Shown in pieces: positions 26,647 through 32,000 of a DNA stretch of 32,000 bases. Position numbers and translations under genes: made by a program. The notes under the pieces are model-generated. The model was not told the DNA's origin. It ran no database searches and saw only the letters and a program-made list of their open reading frames with translations. Source of the DNA: Methanocorpusculum parvum (GTDB lineage Archaea; Halobacteriota; Methanomicrobia; Methanomicrobiales; Methanocorpusculaceae). The first letter of the stretch is position 1. Each line of letters begins with the position of its first letter. The stretch spans positions 1-32,000 of the forward strand of contig SUTD01000003.1 of NCBI GenBank assembly GCA_015063085.1, given 5' to 3'.

Positions 26647-27243
26647 CTAGAATGGCATACTGTAATTATTAATACACTGATTGAAATTAACAGAACTACC
26701 TGAGCATGCTATTGACAAAAAATTATTTGGGGTGTCATTTACCCCCAATGCACGCATTGAAGTGGCTCTCTTGTGGACACGAGATGATTCAATATGATTT
26801 ATGCAGACATAATACTCCTGAAATGATGAAAGGAAGTTTTTCTGATTATAACACTCCTTAGCAACAATTTTACAGTATTCAATCAGACATTTTAAACCTT
26901 TGAGCTGTTTGGAAACTTCAATCTTATTTGCCCCACCACGTTTTAGTTCAATATATATTATACAATTTGAAATATTCATATCAGTCCCATCTACAATCAA
27001 ACAATAATCTGCGTGTTTTTCCTTGAATGGTAAGTACTTATCCAAATCACTTTTAATGAGAACATAATTATGAGGAACTTTTACAATATTTACACTATAT
27101 TGGTGACAGGAATTTGACTCAGACAAAGTAAGATTAACATATTTATCATTCAAAGAAGAAGTGTAACTCGCATTTATAAATTCAGCTTTGAAGATATTTG
27201 TTATGAGAGGTAAATCAGGATGTGGATGAGGGAGAGGAGTCAT
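26647..27243 (-). CDS. Small PD-(D/E)xK-motif protein (predicted restriction-endonuclease-fold nuclease), partner of the upstream ATPase
   Basis: KHADYCLIVDGTDMNISNCIIYIELKRGG gives D83 or D89, a 14-20 aa spacer, then E103-L-K105 in a beta-strand-like hydrophobic context. ATG 27243 lies 2 nt after the ATPase stop. The alternative GTG 27255 overlaps it by 10 nt. About 30-35% GC. I recognise no family. Confidence 0.5.
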   Translation of the reverse strand: MTPLPHPHPDLPLITNIFKAEFINASYTSSLNDKYVNLTLSESNSCHQYSVNIVKVPHNYVLIKSDLDKYLPFKEKHADYCLIVDGTDMNISNCIIYIELKRGGANKIEVSKQLKGLKCLIEYCKIVAKECYNQKNFLSSFQEYYVCINHIESSRVHKRATSMRALGVNDTPNNFLSIACSGSSVNFNQCINNYSMPF

Positions 27244-27245
27244 GC

Positions 27246-28643
27246 TTAATTCCACAGTAGTTTATCCTGAATTTCATTCATCATATTAATTGAGTCATCA
27301 AAACTTGAGATTGAAATTCCCCAATTCTCATCCACATGCACAGGAACTAAAGTATATGCATCATTTGGCTTCTTAGATTTACTTGATGAATACTGCTCCG
27401 TGGCGTAAATCTTAATATTTTTTGGGTTGAGCACCTCAGACTCATCGTATCCATACATCTCCATTATATCATTACTTTTAGAATTATTCTGGTTAAATAA
27501 TATCAACGTGTTGAACTCTCTTATAATATAATCACTATGTGTAGTAATAAATATCTTAATTCCAGCATTTGCCAGTCTTACAAATAATCTTGCGATAAGA
27601 CGCTGGTTTTCAGGATGAAGATTAAGTTCTGGTTCATCCACGATGAGATTTTCATTTTTCTGTGCGCGGTGACGCAAATAGTAATCTATATGGATCAACG
27701 CACGAGCAACACTTGAACTCTCAGTAAGTTGAAGTTTTGGAGAACGTGATTTTGATAACTTGGGGATAAAGATAACATCACCATCTTTATCAATTCCATA
27801 TGTACCTCCAACAATTTCACTAAATTTAGCCAAAATCTCTGGGTTTGATTGTGAGAGTGGACTCTCCAGATGAAGCGAATCAAGTTCCTGAATAAAAGTT
27901 ACATTATCTTTAACTGGAAGAGGGTATAGAGAATAGGAACTAAATAGAAATTCATGTATATCAATATCTTTATCTTTGGTTGCGGACTCACTAAGCTTTT
28001 CCACGATACGATTTCGATTCAAATATAATTCTTTTTTAAAGATACTAGCACCTGTTCTTTCAACACTGGCGATAAACGTATCAGAACCAAACACATTTTT
28101 AAACATCACACGCAGGATGGTATGACCAATAAGAGTCAATAAGAAAGTCGATGGGAGAGGAATTGTATCATTTTCATTAATATTTGATACATATAGTATC
28201 TTTTTATCGACATCAGTATTAAATACGAGTGATTCACCATATTTTACTTTAGTTGGTGCTGGAATAAGTACGTCTGAATCATCCAAAATAATCTGAAACT
28301 TTGAATTTTTAAATCTCTTTTCTGTTGATGCAAATACTCTGTAAAGAGTTTTTGAGTATATATCACAGATATTATTAAGTATATTTGAGTAGTTATCGAG
28401 ATACTTTCCAATATTTATTTCTAATACCTTGTTTTCCTTGAGTTCATCAGTATTTATATCAGATAAGTCAATAATTTCATCAGAATATTCGATAAGACCT
28501 GTTTTCAGAAAATTAAGAAACCCATAATATGCATATGTTACATAAGTTTTACCAGAATTATTCTTACCACAAATTACCGTGATATCTCCAGGGACTAGTT
28601 CTGCATGTTTTATAGCACCTATGTTATCAACTATTATCTTCAT
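27246..28643 (-). CDS. ABC-type ATPase of the AAA_15/AAA_21 class (the ATPase type found in OLD/GajA, PtuA and AriA)
   Basis: Walker A GKNNSGKT (aa 26-33), a roughly 270-aa insert, signature-like TESSSVARAL (aa 307-316), Walker B/D-loop LIVDEPELNLHP (aa 333-344), H-loop ITTHSD (aa 366-371), and a roughly 95-aa C-terminal extension. A possible TATA, TATACTAAAA (28671-28680, minus strand), lies about 33 nt upstream. Confidence 0.85.
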   Translation of the reverse strand: MKIIVDNIGAIKHAELVPGDITVICGKNNSGKTYVTYAYYGFLNFLKTGLIEYSDEIIDLSDINTDELKENKVLEINIGKYLDNYSNILNNICDIYSKTLYRVFASTEKRFKNSKFQIILDDSDVLIPAPTKVKYGESLVFNTDVDKKILYVSNINENDTIPLPSTFLLTLIGHTILRVMFKNVFGSDTFIASVERTGASIFKKELYLNRNRIVEKLSESATKDKDIDIHEFLFSSYSLYPLPVKDNVTFIQELDSLHLESPLSQSNPEILAKFSEIVGGTYGIDKDGDVIFIPKLSKSRSPKLQLTESSSVARALIHIDYYLRHRAQKNENLIVDEPELNLHPENQRLIARLFVRLANAGIKIFITTHSDYIIREFNTLILFNQNNSKSNDIMEMYGYDESEVLNPKNIKIYATEQYSSSKSKKPNDAYTLVPVHVDENWGISISSFDDSINMMNEIQDKLLWN

Positions 28644-29104
28644 AAAAATCTGTATTGTATTATTTGTTTTTTTTAGTATAGAGTTGTTTTGTTGAGAGTA
28701 GTGTATCGTACCAAAAAAAAGAATCGTCTTTGAGTTGTGTCAGATTCAACTTTAGTGTGTCACTCAACAACACTAGGATTGCCCAAGTTACACAACATAA
28801 AAAGGATTCATTTTTTGGAGGGAGGGGGTGGTACAGCACAAATTTAGATTATGCCCCTTAAAATATAAGGCAAGACCTTCGTTATACCAGAGAACACAAC
28901 TACAACACAAACCAAAAGCAGTGGTGTAAAGTCCTCAATTGGAATGCAGTTTTAATAAGAACATAGTAAATCAAAAACGCAACTGCAACAGAGATTGTTA
29001 TTGAAAAATAGGTAGCTCCAACTCAGACTACGAATTGACTTATATAATTAAGAGTATAATTACATTGATTATAGATACATACTTCAGAAAGACAAATGGA
29101 ATAA

Positions 29105-29514
29105 AAAAAACGAACTATCAATAATATGGCACAGATTATTGATATTCCAGCAGATGCAAGAACTCGGAGCTGAATATATTTATCAAGAGTATAGAACATT
29201 ACTCCATTATGTTACATCATGAATCATTCCTTCCCCAATTTTGAGATTGTGTAAGTCAAGTTGTCTCTGGAATTCCACCCAGACAAGTTTGTCAACACTG
29301 GTTTAAACATGCACCCTCTAAACAACTAGATTGCAGAATTGTCAGGGATTGAATCTGGACGATTGGGTAAATACCATAAAGAAAGATGATTATTAATCTC
29401 GTGTTCTATGGCAATATCAGAGAGATTGTAACAGACTTTAAGTGACCGGGTTTTAAACATCAGGACAACATCAACATTAGGATGCCCAGCATTGGAAGAC
29501 TGATTATAGTACAT
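29105..29514 (-). pseudogene. Decayed transposase remnant with a DUF772 (InsH N-terminal, IS5/IS1182-like) domain
   Basis: The 62-aa ORF reads GHPNVDVVLMFKTRSLKVCYNLSDIAIEHEINNHLSLWYLPNRPDSIPDNSAI, matching the DUF772 consensus (grP.....ll.k.lllq.ly.lSd..le..l.d.l....Fl.......PD.st).
- **In-frame stop:** a TAG at 29326-29328 is followed by LFRGCM..., the expected FR..l continuation.
- **Frameshifted pieces:** further FYTLDKYIQLRVLASAGI and HIIDSS-like segments lie in other frames down to about 29110. Confidence 0.6.
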
Positions 29515-29784
29515 GGTTTCCAGAATTAGGTGGAAAGCAGATTAGTCAATAAGTATTCCAACTTCAGATAAACAGACGCCGATTTTGTAGCAACGATTGA
29601 AATAAATCCCATTCAAACAAAAACTCTGAAAGATAGTCATGAAATTATATTGTCCAAGCAATAAAATAGTGATTGTGAATTAAAAATATGAGTTATTAGA
29701 AATTCCCCATATGTGTATTTGTTGTGTGTATTTTATGTGTTTGTATTGATAATATACTTATAAACACTATAAATGTAGAATATA

Positions 29785-31791
29785 TTATGGTGATTTGTTC
29801 TGGAACATTATTGCAAGTCTTGTTATAAAAATAGCAAGAAAGATGTAGTTAATTATAGATAGTAAAAACATAAACACACTTACAAATGTAGATTCACCTG
29901 ATGTGGATGTATATAATGACAAGTAAGATGGAATATCATTAGTAAGTCCCCAAATATATTCTGTTAAATTAAATGAAGATGATTCTATGATGAGTTCATG
30001 TATATTCCAATAGAGGGTAATAAGTATAAAACTAATAACATTTACAATTCCTAAACAAATGAATGTTAATTTGCTATTTGTTCCATAGTCTGATAAACTC
30101 CAAAATATTCTAACAGGTATTTGTAGTATCTTGTGCTTTTTATACCATTTGTTCCAGTATATTTGACGTATATTTCGTTCTAAATATGATAATAAGTTTG
30201 GATTAATGCGAGATGTGGAAAGGCTAACGCCACTAAAATCAGTGTGTTTGTTTGCAAAATGTTTAGAATTACCTTTGAAGATAGTACTGGAATCAACAGA
30301 ACTCATTACAAATACTGCATCCTTAATGTTAGTGTATGAAAATATTGCCCCTTCTAGCTGACTATATGATAGGTATGCACCAGATAAATTTGCGTTTGAA
30401 AAATTTGCCCCCCTAAGATTAGCATGTGTCAAGTTTGCATTACTGAGATTCGCTCTCTTAAAATTAACATTTTCAAGATTGCTATATGTGAAGTTTACCC
30501 CAACCAACGATGAATGCTCAAAATTGGCTCCTGAGAGATTCGATTCAAATATTGTCATACCATCCAATGATAAATGTGACATTTCAATATTTGGCATGTA
30601 AACATGTTTCAAAACAATGTTCTCATAATCTTTAATCATTTTACGTTGCTCAAGGAATCTGATATATTTTGACCAATTCTCTTGAGACCAGAGTTCATAA
30701 AATGAATTATACATCTCTTGCCTTTTATTAGTTACAGAATGTGATAATTTTGGAGAGATGGAATTCTCATCAAAACAGAGAGAAGACAATATATAGAAAG
30801 AATCACGGATGTTGGACGATAAATAGTGCTTAAATTCATCAACTGCAGCTGTCTTATTTGAGACATAGTGTTCACAACACATAGCCAATATTTTTGGATA
30901 CTCAGTACTAGTTTGGGTTAATTTTTCTAACTTTTCAAAATCAGAACAATTTATATTACAACCAATTGATTTGATAAATTCATAAATTACCTTTCCCCTA
31001 TCATGTTCATTATCCATTTTATTCATCCTTCCTAAATATATATAATCATCCTTGAATTTCAAATCACAAATATGCGTGTTGTGATATCTAAGTCTTACTA
31101 TCAATATTTTAAGAAAATTGACCAATTTTTGTTTTTTTGATACACCAACCTCATTATATATCTCATCTGTTGAAGAGACCATGATTATAGCCCTTCGAGA
31201 ACTTTCTACTTTATCTATAACAAATCCATTTCGAATGTAGTATGAAGCTGCACCATATTTTGAATCAAGATAGATTAATTCATATTCTTTATCACATCTA
31301 AAACATTTATCCTTACCTCGATTATGATTAAGATACCTTAGTGTACGAAATATGGAGTATATTAAAGAATAACCAATATGGCAACCACAATATCTACTAT
31401 CTCTTCCCAAAGCTTTTATATTTAAGTATGCTTCGTCATTAGGGCCAATTTTTTCACCTAATGTATAGTAACCTACAAAATTATCTTTCCAATACAGAAG
31501 GAATGTTCTGTAGTCATCATTATTTATTGCCTCAGCAATAAGATGATTTCTTATCTCAGGTTCTTCGGAATGGAATTTAATAACAGTAGATAAGTAGGGT
31601 ATACTTTCATTCTTTTTGTGTGTGTGACTCGAAAATAGACTCACCAATTTATTGCCAGATGGTTCTATTGTATATATCACATTTCCTTTTGAATCAATAG
31701 GATAACATGAACAATAACAGATACAATATCTTGTAAAATCTTCTAAAGAAATCGTGTTTTTCTTATCTCGTATTTTATCTAGTAACCACAT
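29785..31791 (-). CDS. Multidomain protein: N-terminal Cys cluster, GNAT-like acetyltransferase fold, unassigned linker, pentapeptide-repeat beta-helix, C-terminal 2-TM module
   Basis: - **Size and start:** 668 aa, ATG start.
- **Cys cluster:** CICYCSCYP (aa 23-31).
- **GNAT-like blocks:** FLLYWKDNFVGYYTL, RDSRYCGCHIGYSLIYSIFRTL, YGAASYYIRNGF (aa about 95-195).
- **Pentapeptide repeats:** about 19 consecutive pentads (aa about 406-505, e.g. NLSGANFEHSSLVGVNFTYSNLENVNFKRANLSNANLTHANLRGANFSNANLSGAYL).
- **C-terminus:** an SDYG motif, then TM helices at aa about 575-597 and 634-660. Confidence 0.8.
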   Translation of the reverse strand: MWLLDKIRDKKNTISLEDFTRYCICYCSCYPIDSKGNVIYTIEPSGNKLVSLFSSHTHKKNESIPYLSTVIKFHSEEPEIRNHLIAEAINNDDYRTFLLYWKDNFVGYYTLGEKIGPNDEAYLNIKALGRDSRYCGCHIGYSLIYSIFRTLRYLNHNRGKDKCFRCDKEYELIYLDSKYGAASYYIRNGFVIDKVESSRRAIIMVSSTDEIYNEVGVSKKQKLVNFLKILIVRLRYHNTHICDLKFKDDYIYLGRMNKMDNEHDRGKVIYEFIKSIGCNINCSDFEKLEKLTQTSTEYPKILAMCCEHYVSNKTAAVDEFKHYLSSNIRDSFYILSSLCFDENSISPKLSHSVTNKRQEMYNSFYELWSQENWSKYIRFLEQRKMIKDYENIVLKHVYMPNIEMSHLSLDGMTIFESNLSGANFEHSSLVGVNFTYSNLENVNFKRANLSNANLTHANLRGANFSNANLSGAYLSYSQLEGAIFSYTNIKDAVFVMSSVDSSTIFKGNSKHFANKHTDFSGVSLSTSRINPNLLSYLERNIRQIYWNKWYKKHKILQIPVRIFWSLSDYGTNSKLTFICLGIVNVISFILITLYWNIHELIIESSSFNLTEYIWGLTNDIPSYLSLYTSTSGESTFVSVFMFLLSIINYIFLAIFITRLAIMFQNKSP
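30217..30594 (-). repeat. Coding tandem array of 15-nt-periodic pentapeptide repeats inside the 668-aa ORF
   Basis: The DNA shows reiterated GCxAATTT/ATT(A/T)GC-type units. The translation gives A(N/D)(L/F)xx pentads. Boundaries are approximate. Confidence 0.75.
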
Positions 31792-31919
31792 TCATTAATA
31801 ATTCTCAGTATCTTTGAAGAGTCCAAGTTTGCATCTTTAGAATTACTATTGTTGGAGTTAGACTTTTTAATAAATCTACCTAACTGACTTAAATCGATTT
31901 CATATTCTATTAATGCCAT
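31779..31919 (-). CDS. Possible 46-aa upstream micro-ORF overlapping the start of the 668-aa gene by 13 nt
   Basis: Hand translation gives MALIEYEIDLSQLGRFIKKSNSNNSNSKDANLDSSKILRIINECGY, ending in a stop. The ATG at 31919 lies about 21-27 nt downstream of a TATA-like AATAATATATAATG (31933-46). There is no homology evidence, and the region could simply be a 5-prime UTR. Confidence 0.2.
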   Translation of the reverse strand: MALIEYEIDLSQLGRFIKKSNSNNSNSKDANLDSSKILRIINECGY

Positions 31920-32000
31920 AACTTAAGACCACAATAATATATAATGTAATTAACTATCTATTATAATTATAGAATTAATAATTTAAATATTTATTTAATC

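Noticed and set aside
28817-28831. G-run cluster GGAGGGAGGGGGTGG, conspicuous in AT-rich DNA, as a possible G-quadruplex or regulatory element
   Set aside because: Two of the four runs are only GG. It is a single occurrence and probably lies within decayed transposase coding sequence on the opposite strand. This is not enough to call.
29711-29750. TG-rich imperfect tandem (TGTGTATTTG / TGTGTATTTT / TGTGTTTGTATTG) just downstream of the 668-aa gene stop. Considered as an IS terminal repeat or binding-site array.
   Set aside because: The copies are short and imperfect, I found no matching inverted copy on the other side of the transposase remnant, and low-complexity sequence is expected in about 30% GC DNA.
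30217-30594. DNA-level short-period repetition that could be mistaken for a satellite or degenerate CRISPR-like array
   Set aside because: The period is 15 nt, there are no spacers, and the region sits inside a long ORF. It translates cleanly into pentapeptide repeats, so it is coding repetition.
1-32000. Scan for rRNA, tRNA, CRISPR arrays and in-frame UGA/UAG recoding (Sec/Pyl)
   Set aside because: - I saw no regularly spaced direct repeats.
- I saw no structured GC-rich RNA-like intergenic segments. Outside the island, all core intergenic spacers are under 140 nt.
- No supported ORF requires read-through. The only in-frame stop is in the transposase relic, which also carries frameshifts.

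Overview
The window looks like an archaeal, probably methanogen-type euryarchaeal, chromosome segment. Supporting signs are a family-B DNA polymerase, a ThiN-type thiamine gene, a possible S17e start, TATA boxes about 26-29 nt before start codons, and oligo-T terminators. On the lines I hand-counted, the core is roughly 47-57% GC.

- **1-8.1 kb, housekeeping:** ThiN-like protein, HD hydrolase, TraX-family membrane protein, LDH-like malate dehydrogenase abutting polB, threonine synthase, and a YdjM-like membrane hydrolase.
- **8.1-8.8 kb:** a HepT/MntA type VII toxin-antitoxin pair.
- **8.8-17.1 kb and 24.5-26.5 kb, surface-glycan locus:** flippase, a 675-aa polytopic membrane protein, wecC, wecB, a GT-B glycosyltransferase, a C-N hydrolase, a 4-epimerase, and a membrane-anchored GT2. 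Two genes in this locus are clearly AT-rich, so it is compositionally mosaic.
- **Splitting the glycan locus:** an amino-acid ABC importer with no binding-protein gene, and a 1568-aa DUF4011-type SF1 helicase fused to a Vsr/DUF559-like nuclease domain and a DUF3320-like tail.
- **About 26.47 kb to the window end:** composition drops to about 28-37% GC on sampled lines. This island holds the most interesting content.
  - A translationally coupled ABC-type (AAA_15/21-like) ATPase plus a small PD-(D/E)xK-motif protein, which is a candidate undescribed two-gene defence cassette.
  - A decayed DUF772/IS5-like transposase remnant.
  - A 668-aa fusion of a Cys cluster, a GNAT-like domain, pentapeptide repeats and two transmembrane helices.

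I found no rRNA, tRNA or CRISPR array.
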